DNA of 64,000 bases from the human T2T-CHM13v2.0 reference genome, Homo sapiens. The stretch lies in assembly GCF_009914755.1 (NCBI RefSeq), contig NC_060929.1. The stretch is one strand, 5' to 3'. Shown piece after piece: positions 15,870-29,655 of this stretch. The notes beneath the pieces were generated by a model. That model was given only the letters and a program-made list of their open reading frames with translations, ran no database searches and had not been told where the DNA came from. Position 1 is the stretch's first letter. Every line of letters starts with the position of its first letter. The position numbers and the translations under genes are program-made.

Positions 15870-16270
15870 TTGCAAAAACCTGAGTTTCAGGTTCTGCCAC
15901 TTTCTAACTTATGACTTTGGGTAATGCACTTCAACTCCCTGAGTCTCAGTTTTCTCTTCTGTCAGATACAGGTTTAATAACATTTGCCTTATCTACCTCA
16001 CAGGCTTATTGGGGAGAATAAATGAAATAATGTAAGAAGCGTAAACTACAAATCTCTTCATTCTAGGGTCAATATTACCTGGAGGCAGCATGCTGTGTTA
16101 AGAAAACCTAGTTCTTTCATTCAGCTATGGCTTGACCAGGGCATCAGGCATTCCACATACTCACTGTCTCATTTATTTTTTAAAAAATGTCAATACTCAT
16201 CTTATCTCCTTTGATGGTCCTAGGGATCTAATGAGATGATGTATAAAAGTGGTTTGCAAACTGTAAAGTA
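15870..16270 (+). mobile_element. Two adjacent MIR fragments
   Basis: CCTGAGTCTCAGTTTTCTCTTCTG..CTACCTCACAGG..AAATGAAATAATG; second copy ending AATGAGATGATGTATAAAAGTG..TGCAAACTGTAAAG. Confidence 0.7.
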
Positions 16271-16324
16271 CTATACACTTACAAGGAGAAATCTGCAAAT
16301 TCTCTGTCTTTCAGACGCTGGGGA

Positions 16325-16495
16325 CAATGGTTCTGAAACCACAGTGGGCCAAAGAATCACCTGGGGAGCTTGGTAAAAATGCAGATACCAGAGACCCCTC
16401 CCCAGAAATTCTGTCAGTGGTCTGGAGAAGGGCCTGGGCATCTGTTTGGAACAACCACCCAAGGCGATTCTATTGCATGTGGTCTACAGGTCATA
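16325..16495. mobile_element. MER5B-like hAT-Charlie MITE
   Basis: CAATGGTTCT..AGAATCACCTGGGGAGCTT..AAAAATGCAGAT..GGGCCTGGGCATCTG. Confidence 0.75.
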
Positions 16496-16642
16496 AGGCA
16501 GAGAGTGGTGAGACTGGGAGTGTTGCAAGAGTATAAGGATAGAAAGGGGATAAAAGAAAATGGAGTCCTTTCCTCACTCCTGCAGATGGAGGTCTGGAAG
16601 TATGGGAAGGGATGGGCTTATTCTGAGTCCCTAGGCCTCACT

Positions 16643-16969
16643 TTTTTTTTTTTTCAGGTATACTGGATACATGAAAATCATACATATTGAGCAGGTACAG
16701 ACTGATGTTTTGATATATGCATGCATTGTGAAATGATGACTGCAATTGAGCTAATTAACACCTCTATCGCCTTCACAGTTGCTATTTTTTGTGTGTATGT
16801 GGTGAAAACACTTAAGATCTACCCTCTTAGCAAATTTCAAATATACAATATTTTGTTATTAACTATAGTCACCATGCTGTACATTAGGTTTTTTGAACTT
16901 ATTCGTCTTGCATAAGTGGATCTTTGTACCCTTTGACCAACATCTCCCCAACATCCTCTCCCTCAAGGC
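16643..16969 (-). mobile_element. Short 5'-truncated L1MA insertion
   Basis: Poly-T then L1MA 3' UTR; 14-bp TSD CCCTAGGCCTCACT / CCCTGGGCCTCACT (one mismatch). Confidence 0.88.
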
Positions 16970-18350
16970 CCCTGGGCCTCACTCACTCTTAACTCCTACT
17001 GGAGAAGGATGGTCTTTCCTCCAAACAGGAAAGTTCTAGAAGCTGTTTATTTATTTTCTAATAGTAAGAGTTTGGTTAGAAAGTAGGTAACTAATACCAA
17101 ATAACTTTATGAGTTCAAAGTTGGAGAAGGTTTTGAACATTAATGAGCAAATTAATATAATGGAATATGGGATTGTTTTATACCAAAATGTTAGCCTCTC
17201 CCAGTCCTTGATGCCAAAATGACCAGGCATGAAAAGTGATAGTTGGTATGGAGGACAAGCAAATATTCCCTTTCTCCTGGGCATAAAAGTGATCTCTCTC
17301 CCAGGTCTCCTTCTGGTTACATCTTAGCCTTTGATTGATAGCATGGTAGGTATGTCAGTTCAAAAGGAGACAACCATCTTTGTTGATTTCACAGCTAAGA
17401 ACTGACCTGGCAATAGTTGTTGTTTTAACCAGCACAAATCTCCTTTCTGCCCCTGAGGTATATCGTTTATTTAAGCACAGGACAGTACTTTTCCCTTAAT
17501 ATAAAATGGAACTATGTTATAGTTCTATATAGCAACACAAAGACAGTGTGGATGGGTGCTAAGATAAAAACAATTAATGAAACAAACCCATGTGGAATCA
17601 AAGTGTAAGTCCATATTGCACTGAATGAAGTATTTCTCCATGGTAAAAATTTCCAAATAATTTTCATCTTCTTTGAAATCTTTTCTCTCCTTATCGTAGA
17701 TCATCAAGAAATTTCAAATACATTTCAGGGAAGATAAATAAGCTGTATCTTTCTCTCAGGAGTGTATAAATTCACTTTTAGACCTTCAAGTTCCCCAGTT
17801 TGATTTTACAAGCGTGTGATAATTTCCTTCTGAGAAATAGTCCCAGGAATTTTATTGTACTTTTATCCTTCACTTCTTTTTGTCTGCAATTCTATTACAC
17901 CACACATGTCCATGTTTTATAATTTGAAACAGGACCTTTCCTGTCTAAAGGAGCACATAGAAGCATTCTATTTTCCCTTGCCAAAGATCTATACCGAGTG
18001 GCTCTACTTTTTAGGTCATAATGGGAAAATGTTCAAGTATATGATTCAAAATAAAACATGATACACAATACTCTTAGTGGTGATGGTCATTCTTTTCACC
18101 AAATCTGTAAAATGCAGATGTGCTTTAACATGAGATGGAGGAAGATGGTTAAACAAATAACAATATATCAACCAGCCAAATGCAGCATTTTCATTAAAAT
18201 TACAGAGATGTAAACTATGCTAATATTGTAAATGACATGTATACAAAATGATGTTCATAAAAGAACTGCAAAATATAATGTACATGCTGTTTAAATTAGT
18301 AATTAATTTATTTAAGCTCTACTTTCTTAAAAAAAATATTGACTACTTCA

Positions 18351-18483
18351 GTTAGACATGGTAGTTTGTGCCTATAGTCCCAGCTACTTGAGAGACTGAG
18401 GCAGGAGGATCACTTGAGATCAGGAGTTTGAGACCAGCCTGGGCAACATAGCATGACCCTTTCTCTAAAAAAATATAAATAAA
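18351..18483 (+). mobile_element. FLAM (free left Alu monomer)
   Basis: Single monomer with GGATCACTTGAG..GAGACCAGCCTGGGCAACATAG and A tail; degenerate TSD ATTGACTACTT / ATTGGCCACTT. Confidence 0.88.
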
Positions 18484-19579
18484 TTGGCCACTTTTTTCAG
18501 AAGGATATATAACATATAACAAGATAATGTAAATTAGGGAAAAAATTTAAAACAAAAAGAAATCAAAGATGGCTATGAAAAACTTTTATATTGATGCTGA
18601 TAAAGATCAGATGTTAATTTAGCAAAACATAAAGTTTTATATTTTATTCGTTGTTTTCTTCTGTACAGTCAAGTGGATAATAAGGTAACTTCCAGCCATA
18701 GATCATGAAAATCACCAGCCAAAACAGCTCCATGAAGGAAATTATCTCTCTGAGACTGAAGACGTGCTCTGAACTCATAAGACCAGTGTTTCTGGGGCAT
18801 ATTAATTGGATATCAGAAGACTTAAGGGCGTTGGTGTAAGCATAATTCTTTGGGCTGTAGTCCCTTCTTTTGGCATGTAAATTCCATCAATCTAAATCAA
18901 CAAACGAGAACCCACTATATATAAAACACAGTTCCCCATCTCCCTCTCAATTAAAAACAAAATGCCCTTAATCATGATTAGTGTCTGTTTCACACTTTGA
19001 GGATAATTATTGCCCCTTTGCTTTTCCCGATTCCAACAAAGCACAGCGCGTTTACAAGTAAGTTACAATTGCCCAAGCAAATAGCATTAAGTGCTAAATT
19101 TATCTGGATAATCTAAAACAACTAACGGAAAATAAATGCTCCCAGCTCTTAAGAGCTAGGATTCACAATACTTCAGCAAAGTATTTTAATCCAGTGAAAG
19201 TGCTTCAGAGAAGTGAGGCTAAAATATATATCACCACAATCTTGGCATTTATTCCGCACTAATTGCATTTTAGTCAAATTAAGTATGAGAAGAAAATGAC
19301 TCAAAGCTTCTAATATATTCAACTGTCTACAAGATCACTAAGTTCCCTTAGGTTTGTTTCTTACCTTTAATAAATTAGTATCATTTTCCTTTTAAGAAGC
19401 CAGTTTGGCTTGTGGGAGGCCCAAGGAGACAGGACAAATGTCAGTGAGAAAGTTCAGCGTCTTCCAAATAAGTCTTTCTGACACCAGGAAAGCAACAAAG
19501 AAAGGATAGTGCCAGTGCCTGGGAGGTAAAGACAAGGACTTCAGGGAAGGAACCCAGCAGGAAAGAGAGGATGGGCAGG

Positions 19580-20703
19580 TGTGCTACTATCATAGTTATA
19601 GTATACTGGTTTTCGTCCACAGTTCCCGGTGCCTCATAACTCTCATAGCCCTCGTTATTTCCTAAGTGACTAAAACAGTAAGCATATCTTTTGTTGAAGT
19701 ATTTAGCCTTCTGTCCTTGGCTCCTGAAGCAGCTTTAGAACAGCTTCAGAGAGATAAAGGCGGGAGGCAGTCTTTTGTTATAATGCTGGAGTGCATTAGA
19801 CCTCAGAAGCGAGCCTCGGAAAACAGAAACCCTCTCTCTGACCTTCTCCTGCCCTCCTTTCGCCTGCTCCCTTTCTCCCCAAGGGAGGCCACAGACACTA
19901 AAGATACGGTTGAATCTTCCCCTGCCTTTCTGTCTTGGAGCTGGCCATAAACTATCTTTTCCGTTTGTAGGTCATAAGACCCCCATTTTGGAAAGGGTCC
20001 TGCCCTGTGCCCTGGAGAAAGGAATGCTGCAAAGAGAGGCCAAGAAGAATCTGAACAGAGAGGCCTTGCTGGGCTTCCCCACTCAGCCTATTAGATTAGA
20101 TCAGACTCTTTTTGTCCAGTCACATTTCTGCATGGTCGTCCCTGCTTCACTCATGCCCATCCAGTGAAGTCTCCATAAAAGGCCCAAGACGACGAGGTAA
20201 GGAGAGCTTCCAGATAGCCGAACACATGGAAGTTCCTGGATGTTGGCACAACCGGGAAGGGCATGGAAGCTCTGCCCTGCATCTCTTCACCTATATCCTT
20301 TGTGGTATCCTTTATAATAAACCGGTAAAAATAAGTGTTTTCCTGAGTTCTATGAGCCATTCTAGCAAATTAATTGAACCCCAAAAGGGGTTGAGGGAAC
20401 CCCAATTTATAGCTGATCAGTCAGAAGCACAAGTAAAACAACCTGGGCTTGCAGTTGGCATTGGAAGTGCAGAGGGGAAGATTTTATGGGAATGAACCGT
20501 CAACCTATAGGATCTGACACTAGCTCCAGGTGGATAGCGTCACTGAGTTAAAATGGGTTGGAGGACATACAGCTGGTGTCTACTGCAGAATTGCTTGCTT
20601 GGTGTGTATGGGAAAACCCACACACATTTGGTTACAGATGTCTTTTGTGTTGATTGTTGTGGTAGGAGAGCAGAGGAAAAGCAGTTTGAGTTTTTTCCAC
20701 ACA
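19580..20703 (+). mobile_element. MER21-family solo LTR
   Basis: TG...CA termini; MER21 motifs GAACACATGGAAGTTCCTGG and TTCCTGAGTTCTATGAGCCATTCTAGCAAATTAATTGAACCC; 5-bp TSD GCAGG / GCGGG. Confidence 0.85.
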
Positions 20704-21104
20704 GCGGGTGTGAGCCACTTCAGCTGAGGTCAACTGGCCTCACTTAAGGTACCTGCCTGACAATATAATCTCCAGCTAGCATCCCTTGCAGTTCAGTACA
20801 CCACAGTAGAAGTAATTCACTGATACTAATCTCACGCATCTCCTGGAATACCAACTTGTTGACCACTTATAGCTGCTTGAGTTCCCTGGACTTTGTAGAT
20901 TGTAGACTACTGATTTTCTTTCCTTGTTTTTTGGGTGATTTTGTTTTTCCACTGACATCAGGGTTAATACTTGTCCTTTCCATGAAGTTTGAGATATAGT
21001 CTCCACTCTACTCAATATGAAAAATGCCTATAAGGGAACCATGCTTTAATTTCTACTCTTTTGTCTTAAAGGGCAAATCTAATTCAATATTTTCAAAAAA
21101 ATTC

Positions 21105-21460
21105 TGTTAGACTTTAAGCTTCAGGAGGCCAGGGCACATGTGTGTTTTATTCACCACTGTATAGGAATCACTTAGCAAAGCGTTGATAGAACAATGGCTC
21201 AACATTTAGATTCTTGAGTCAGGCTGCCTAGTTGAAATTCCAAGTTTACTACTATGAGTTGTGTCATCTTTGGACAAGTTAGGGAAGCTCTCTGGGGCTC
21301 AGTTTCCTCATTAACAAAATAGGGATAATAATGATAATAGTAACTATCTCAAAGAATTGTTAGAAGGATTGAATGAGATAGTCCATGTAAAACATATATA
21401 ACAATGCCTTTGATAAATATGTCATAAATGTTCAATATATATAATAAATACTCAATACAC
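21105..21460 (+). mobile_element. L2 3' tail plus near full-length MIR
   Basis: AGACTTTAAGCTTCAGGAGGCCAGGG..TTCACCACTGTA; MIR core CTCAGTTTCCTCAT..AAAATAGGGATAATAA. Confidence 0.75.
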
Positions 21461-23004
21461 ATTAGCCATTCACTAAGTATTTTAAATGATTTAAAACAGG
21501 ATATTCAATCTTCTTTGTTGGAAATAAACTTGGTTGGTATTGCAGATCTATCTCAAAGCATACTAATTGATTTATTACATTTCCAAGTCTTCTTCAGATT
21601 GGTTTTTGGTATATATAATTCAATTCTCTGTTTATTTATCTTCATCAAACTGAAGAATACAAAACTTTGACATAGGCTACTCTTCCTTGGTTACTGTTTT
21701 GCTATTTTTATGATGGTTTCATAATATATGTCAGCAAGATAAAGTTTATATGATGATACTGATTCATAAGTTATCTTTATTTTGAATAATCTTCTATTAC
21801 TTTGGGACTATTTCAAATATTTATCCTAAAAGCTACCTTTCTCCTCTTGAGTAAAATTAAATTCACATTTTAGGGTATTTTTAAAGCCATAAATATTACA
21901 TCTTAGGGTTTTCTTTTCCTTTCCTTTTCAAGTTTATTCCAATGAGAAATGACCTTTCAATGATGAGTGATGCCTTGAAGAGACAGTTTCTTGTCCTTTG
22001 ACCTTTTCTTTACCGGAATGGATATTAGGGACTGATTTCTTTCTCCTACTGCTTGTAGCATCCTGGCCTCTTTTTTACTACTTGCTGATCTTTAAAAAAT
22101 GTTTTTTGAGTTACTTCAACATTTGTAACTACAAAAACTAATCTTCACTATTTTCCCCTACATTTGATACAATTAAATGATTTTTATGAGAGAAATAAGA
22201 AATCTGTTTATATTGTTGCCAGTAACCTAGATCCTGAGAAATTCTTGGTTCTCCTGCCTTTTCACTATCTTTCTTCTTGTTATTACTCTTGTTTTCATAT
22301 ACTTCTCTATAATGTATTTTAAATAGAGAAATTATAGTTAAATTTAAATAAATTGTTATTCTTAATTTTTGGAAATAAAAACAATAGGAACAAAAGGAAC
22401 TCTAGCAATCCAAGTTAGGAATAAAATTCCATTTATATCTTTGGGTGCCACAAACTTAGGATGTATCCCAGTTCTCTCTTGATCTCGCCAACACTGGGCA
22501 TGTAAATCTCAACGCTTTTGGGTCTTGGTGATTGTTTTGTTTTCTATAAAAAGATGTTGAATAAATGAACTCTCAATTTCCTTGCAAATGCAAAATTTCA
22601 GTCTTCAAAATTCAGTCTTCAACTGAATATGTGCTATAAACATAACCAATTATATTGCTGTGGTATTTATAAGGAGTTATAAAAATAGCATAGAGTAATA
22701 AAATAGAATACACTTTAACTGGTGATCACTCTATTGAAAAATGTTAGTTGAAAAACGTACTTCCTTGAAAGAAACATTTCTCTCCCTTAATATTAAATAA
22801 TTATTTAGATATACTTTGTTAGGTGGTTGATGTTTTAAGACTTAATAAAGTGTTAGCACTTTAATAATTATACTTTTCATCCATTAATGGGGATATAAAT
22901 TTTATAATACTTTACATTTCAATCCAACACCTATATTTTCTCATAGAACTAAATAGAAAATGTTGCTATACAGAACTCCACACTTTAAGAAAATATTTGA
23001 AAAC

Positions 23005-23980
23005 TAGGCATTTGATAAAATATTAATATCTAGAATCCATAAGGAACTTAAACAAATCAACAAGAAAAAATCAACCCCATTAAAAAGTGAGCAAGGAGCA
23101 TGAAAAGACACTTCTCGAAAGAAGACATGTAAGTGTCCAAAAACATGAAAAAATGTTCCACATCATTAATTATCAGAGAAATGCAAATTAAAACCACAAG
23201 GAGATACCATTTCACACCAGTCAGAATGGCCATTATTAAAAAGTCAAACAATAACAGATGTTGGCAAGGACATGGAGAAAAGCGAAAGCTTATAGACTGT
23301 TGGTGGGAATGGAAACTAGCTCAACCCTTATGGAAAACGGAATGGAGATTTCACAAAGAACAAATGTTAAACATTCTATTTAATGTTAAGTAGAATGTTA
23401 ATTCTATTTTTAGAACAAATAAATTCTAAAAATAGAATTAACATTAACCCAGTAATCCTACTACTGAGTATCTATCCAAAGGAAAATAAATGATTTTATC
23501 AAAAAGACCCGCACTTATATGTTTATCACAGCATTATTCATAATAGCAAAGTCATGGAATCAGCCTAAGTGATCATCAACAGTGGACTAGATAAGGAAGT
23601 GTGGTATATATACACCATGGAATACTACACAGCCACCAAAAAAGAATGAAATCATGTCCTTTGCAGCAACATGGTTGCAGCTAGAGGTCATTATCCTAAG
23701 TGAATTAATGCAGAAACAGAAAACCAAATACCACATGTTCTCTCTTATAAATGGGAACTAAACAATGAGTACTCATGGACATAAAGATAGAAAAAATAGA
23801 TACTGGAGACTCCAAAAGCAGGGGAGGGAGGAAGTGGAGGAAGGATCGACAAACTTCCTATTGGGTACTGTGTTCATGATTTGTGTGATAGGTTCACTGG
23901 AAGCCCAAACCCCAGCATCATCCGATATGCCCATATAACAAACCTGCACATGTACCCCCTGACCCTAAAATAAAATAATT
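23005..23980 (+). mobile_element. L1PB/late L1PA 3' end (~1 kb)
   Basis: ORF fragment [50 protein letters not shown]; 3' UTR ending AACCTGCACATGTACCCCCTGA..AAAATAAAA. Confidence 0.92.
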
Positions 23981-25394
23981 CTTTTAAAAAAGGAACTTCG
24001 CACCTTAGCCATATTTTTGTCTTCGTCCTTGCTCTTGGTTCTTTGTTTTCTATTAGTGCGGAATGATGCCCTTGCACCATCTATTCCTACCTTTGGGGAA
24101 GAAAATACCAAAAGCGACAGCTCTCTTGAGGAACAGTTGCCCTTCCTCCCAGACCCAGCAGCAGGTGGAGAAAACCCAGAAATTCTGCTATTTGGCATCG
24201 CTATTGTTAAGTACAAAACCATCCTGCCTTCTCAAGAGCCTCCTTGCAGCATTGACTATGAAATGGGCAGCCTTCCTTTCACCTGAAGTGGGAAGAGTTG
24301 CTCATTCATTTGAAAAAAAAAAAAATTGACTAAAATAGGAATCCTGTTACTATAAAGGGAGATGTAAAAAATGTGTGTAAAGAAACTTATTCTATTGTTT
24401 CACTTGAACATGAAAGGCTACTGCACTACAGAGTATATTCTGTTAAAACAGTCACAGATTTTTTAAATTTTTACTAAAAATAAGTTTCTATATAATGGTG
24501 TTTCCACTTTTATCATTCCAAAAGAGGCTTCAGAAAAGTCTTCCCATATCTTTACCCATAAAAGCTGTCCCTCAATCTCCACTTTCAATGATTTATTCCC
24601 CATTTCTTGTTCTAAACCAGAATTGAGGTAACCATAAAATTGCTCCCCCACTCCTTTGGGGCATCCAGGTAAGAGTAATAGAAGAAATCATGTTGGGAGA
24701 CCTGGGTTCTTATCTCATTTCTTGAAATAACCATCTGTGTGGCCATGGGCAAGTCACTTAACCCTTCTACGCCTCAGTTTCCACGTCTGTAAAGTGAAAG
24801 AATTGAACTTGATCCTCTCAAATTTCCACCCTTCTATCTATAAAAATTGCACTAAAATAAATAATTTTTAATAGCTAATTGAGTGAAACAACCCCATTTT
24901 AATCTAGTCTGTCTATTATTTTGATGTTAGGAAGTATGTATCTGATCAGATTTGAGGAGGAAATTAAAGATTGAAGGACTAAGACAAGAGAGTTAAGTGA
25001 CTGCATTTATTTTCAAGAAAGTATGCCTATGTGGGGATCTGGAATTTACTGAGATGGGCAAGACGTTCTGATTATTAGCCCTTCTCTATCACTGACAATA
25101 GGTTTGAACACTGGGATACAGCATGGGTATCATGGTGGTTTCTAGGTCCTGTTCAGCAAAGGATAAGAATAGCCTAAAACCTGGCTTGTAGAAGAATGGT
25201 GAAAATCTACCTTTAGCCAAAGAACATTGGTTATAATTCTGGGCAAAAAAGTATGAAGACACTAAAACCTCATGATCTGTCATTATCAAGGCATGATGGG
25301 AAGGAATTTACCAAATAACTTAACTATTTCATTTAAATTCCAATATATCTCATGATTTTAACAATTTTGAGTATAATCTTTCTAACACTTCTAA

Positions 25395-25524
25395 TAGAGT
25401 GACCATATAATTTATCAACCAAAAGGGAACACTTTCAAGACAGAACAGGGATGCTATTTATAATTGCCAGGGCAATGTATCTAAACCAGGACTGTCCCCG
25501 AAAACAAGATGGATGGTCACTCAA
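25395..25524 (+). mobile_element. MER94-like hAT-Blackjack MITE
   Basis: Terminal inverted repeats GAGTGACCAT / ATGGTCACTC; internal ATAATTTATC..CAGGACTGTCCC. Confidence 0.75.
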
Positions 25525-25662
25525 CAGTAACTTTCCTGTGTTCTCAGATGGGCTATTCCATATGAAGTAACTTTTCCACTCTGATTCAAGTCACAAACAC
25601 TCATTTCACCCTATTGAAATGCAGTGATGCTCCCAGATCTAGAAGATTTTATACCACTGGAC

Positions 25663-25849
25663 CAGTGGCCCTCACACTGTAGTAGCCATCAGAATCACCT
25701 GAAGGACTTGTTAAAATGGATTGACGAGCCCCAGTCTCAGAGTTCCTGATTCAGTAGGTATGGAATGGGGCCTGAGTATCTGTATTTCTAAATTGTGAAG
25801 TGATGCTGCTGCTGCTGCTGGTCCAGGGACCACACTTTGAGAAGCACTG
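25663..25849. mobile_element. MER5A hAT-Charlie MITE
   Basis: CAGTGG..ATCAGAATCACCTG..TGATTCAGTAGGT..GGGACCACACTTTGAGAAGCACTG. Confidence 0.85.
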
Positions 25850-27047
25850 CACTATACTTAGTGGTAATCGCAGATAGCTGTGCCTTTCTTTGTTCTTGTG
25901 TCGTGTTTTCTAGTTTTTGACCATTGGGTTCTAACTGCCTACTGCCCCACACTGCCACTCCATTTATCAGTGTATTTGTCCCTAACAGTCTTACTTTACT
26001 AATTTCTTTGATTCCTTGTAAAGGGTTTCTTCTAATTTCCTATTGACTGGGAAAAATAAATATCCAAGCTTATTAGAATTATCTTTAAAATAAATTATTA
26101 AGTAAGCTTATTCATTCACTCATTCATCTGTTTATTCAACCAACATGTATTGGAGTTTCCCTCTGAGCTGTCACATAAAGTAAAAGCTTGAGTTGTATCT
26201 ATTTTGACTATTTACATGCCTTGCTTATTTATTTTCTGTCTCACAACTGGGCTGTAAAAAGGTATTTTTCCATATAAATATAAAATAAGTGAGAGATAAC
26301 TGTAATAGTCACTTGGACAACATGTATTCTAAAATATATCTGTAAAATTAAAGAAAGGACTACAATGACATTGCCTTAGAAACATTGCTATATAAGAGAT
26401 ATTTATTTATTAAGAAAATGAAGATGTGACATTAATTCATAGTATCCAACCCATATTTGTTATCAACCCTACTCTTAGGGAAATTATTAGTTATTCACAC
26501 AATACTCACATCAGTCAAGTCATTGCCATCTTCTTGGACCATCCCCTTTATACAGCACAGTGTCAGTTCATATTTGACTGAGATGTAGGGATTTTACTAA
26601 AAATATGATGGAACAAACTCAGTGGCAAAGTGGGCCTTTCTCACAGAAAAGAAATGTAATTTCAGCTAATAAACCTACTTTCAGATCATCTGAAAAGTTT
26701 GTGGCTATTAAGTTATGACTCTATTTCTTCAGTTTTTCTTGATACTCCACTGAAAATTCCTTTGACAACAGGAAGTTGTTCTAATAAAAACTGACACTGG
26801 AGTGGTGATAAAAGGTCAATAATGCTTATACGCTGAGAGGGAAAAGATAGGCCCCACTGTTGGGTACACTCTGCCTGGGATATCAACACAGAGCATCTGA
26901 GACTAGTGCAGTTGAACTAGTGCTATGCTGTCAGCACAGTGCAGAGCAGTGAGCAACCAAAAAGGAGCTGGGCTTTGTAGTCAGGCACATCTGGGCCCCA
27001 AATCTTTGCTGTCACTCAATAATATCAAAAAGCCCCAAGACTCTCAC

Positions 27048-27751
<704 letters not shown>

Positions 27752-28171
27752 CTCACTTTCTGGGTTTATCCTTTCTTTCATAATCTAAATGAAATGACTC
27801 ACGTGCTGAGAGAAGTCCAGCTCCTCCTCAATATTTCTGAGGATTCTAGGAGAAGGGACATACATTTTTCCATTTCTCCTTCCTCTAAATTCTTGCTAAC
27901 AGACTGACGCTCAATCACTACTCATATCTTCTCTGAAGTAACTGCCGTTCTTTCTCTTCTTCCCTTTACCCCAAACATGGGCCACAACCAAAGTGCTAAC
28001 AACACAAGACTCTCAAATGTAACAAGGTTTGACTAAGTTTTGACTACAACTAAGAGTAATCCCACACAGTGCAGAAACCAGCTTTGAATTGAACACAGCT
28101 TCCACTGTCCCTAGAAATACACAGATAATTTGCAATCAAAGGAGGGTCTTTTTCTTCCTCAGGCTCTGACT

Positions 28172-28188
28172 TGCCACCAGGTGGCCAG
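28172..28188. promoter_or_regulatory. Candidate CTCF binding site
   Basis: TGCCACCAGGTGGCCAG matches the CTCF core CCACCAGGTGGC; motif match only. Confidence 0.45.
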
Positions 28189-29409
28189 CCTACTCTGCCT
28201 GTAAAAGACTCTCCATTCTATTCCTTCCTCAGTCTTCCAGAAATCCTGTCCTCTACTCAAGTCGCCAGCGGACAACCTAAATGTTTCTTTTACTTTATTA
28301 TGCACAGCAATTTAGTTTCTCAGACTCCATCCTTGACTGGTAGTTGGTTCCTTTACACAACCAAAAATAGGATTTCCTCTCATGAAATTGATTTATATTG
28401 CTGTCTTGGAATTTTAATGCAGTGACTGTGGTCATCCTTTTGAGTAATATTTAATCTTTCCGATGACAATAGCCATGTGTATACAAGCCAATTGATTTAT
28501 CTGAGCCTTGGTTTCCTCACCTACCTCACATGGTTGTTTTAAAGAGTAAATGTAAAAGCCCGCATGATGCTTGCTACATGGTAGCTGCTGATATTAACCA
28601 CAAGAAATTTCTACTGGAAAGGGAATTAACACGAGCACCACTGAGTAGTATTAGCCAACAGCCACAGCCAGTTGCTGACATGCCAGACTGAAGCGGAGGG
28701 CACCACATTCTGGCACAGTCACTGCATTTCCTGATCTCCCTAGATGCCACATTTTCTGGCAAATACATAGTTAGAAATATTAGGCAAATCCTCACATTCC
28801 AGAGCTGAAAATATCCTCCCCCCACCCCAACAGTAAGGGATGGTGTTCCATCTCGCTTATGTTGTTTGCTTCTTTCTCTCAGGGAGGAGAACAGACCTGG
28901 ACAGGAGCCCAGCTATGTGCCACACGCTTCTGTAATCCATTGCCTGCCATCATATATTTGCTCTGAGAATAAACTGCAGTCACAGTTTTACAAGGATTTT
29001 TATTTCCCAGTGAAACAAAGGTTGGTTACAGATCATCTGAAAATTATTTCAGCTGACAAATGAGTTAATGGTAATGAAAAATCTCCTAAGAGCCAACTTT
29101 AAAGCAAAAACTAGGAGGTCAACTTGAATCAAGTCCCATCAGCCTACTCCTTGTTCCCAAGTATCCTCTCATCAAAGCCACCCAAGGCTCTCTAGACAAA
29201 GGTTTCTTTTTCCTCCCGTCCCCTCCCTATTCTCTTCCCTCACCTCTCCTCTCATCTTTTTCTCTCTTCTTCTCTCTTTCTCCTTATCCCTTGTTCTTTC
29301 TCTCTCTTTTCTCTCCTGTGTCCTTTTTGGATGTTCCAAGATCACTCCTAGTCTTACAGACCTTCCCCTGACCATGACCCAAGCACTCATCTAAAATTGG
29401 GGTGGTCTA

Positions 29410-29655
29410 CATGTTTTGAGGTACATGTACTCTGCACCAACCAAGTGCCAGACCCTCTGCTATGTACTTTACATGCATAATCTGAATTATTCTGCCAACA
29501 AAACAATGAGATGGATATTATACCCATTTTAAAGACAGAAAACTGATGCTCAGAGAAAGGAAGGCACTTGAGTGTGGCTACAATCAGTAAATGAATAGAC
29601 AGGATTCAATTTCAGGTCTGTCCTATATCAAGTCTGTTTGTTTTTCAGCACAAAA
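29410..29655 (-). mobile_element. MIR
   Basis: ATTATACCCATTTTAAAGACAGAAAACTGATGCTCAGAGA..CAGGATTCAATTTCAGG. Confidence 0.75.

Noticed and set aside
24017-24329. Overlapping 88-89 aa ORFs in unique sequence, one with a signal-peptide-like start
   Set aside because: The 24017 ORF starts at TTG rather than ATG, neither resembles a known family, and there is no supporting exon structure; such lengths arise by chance.
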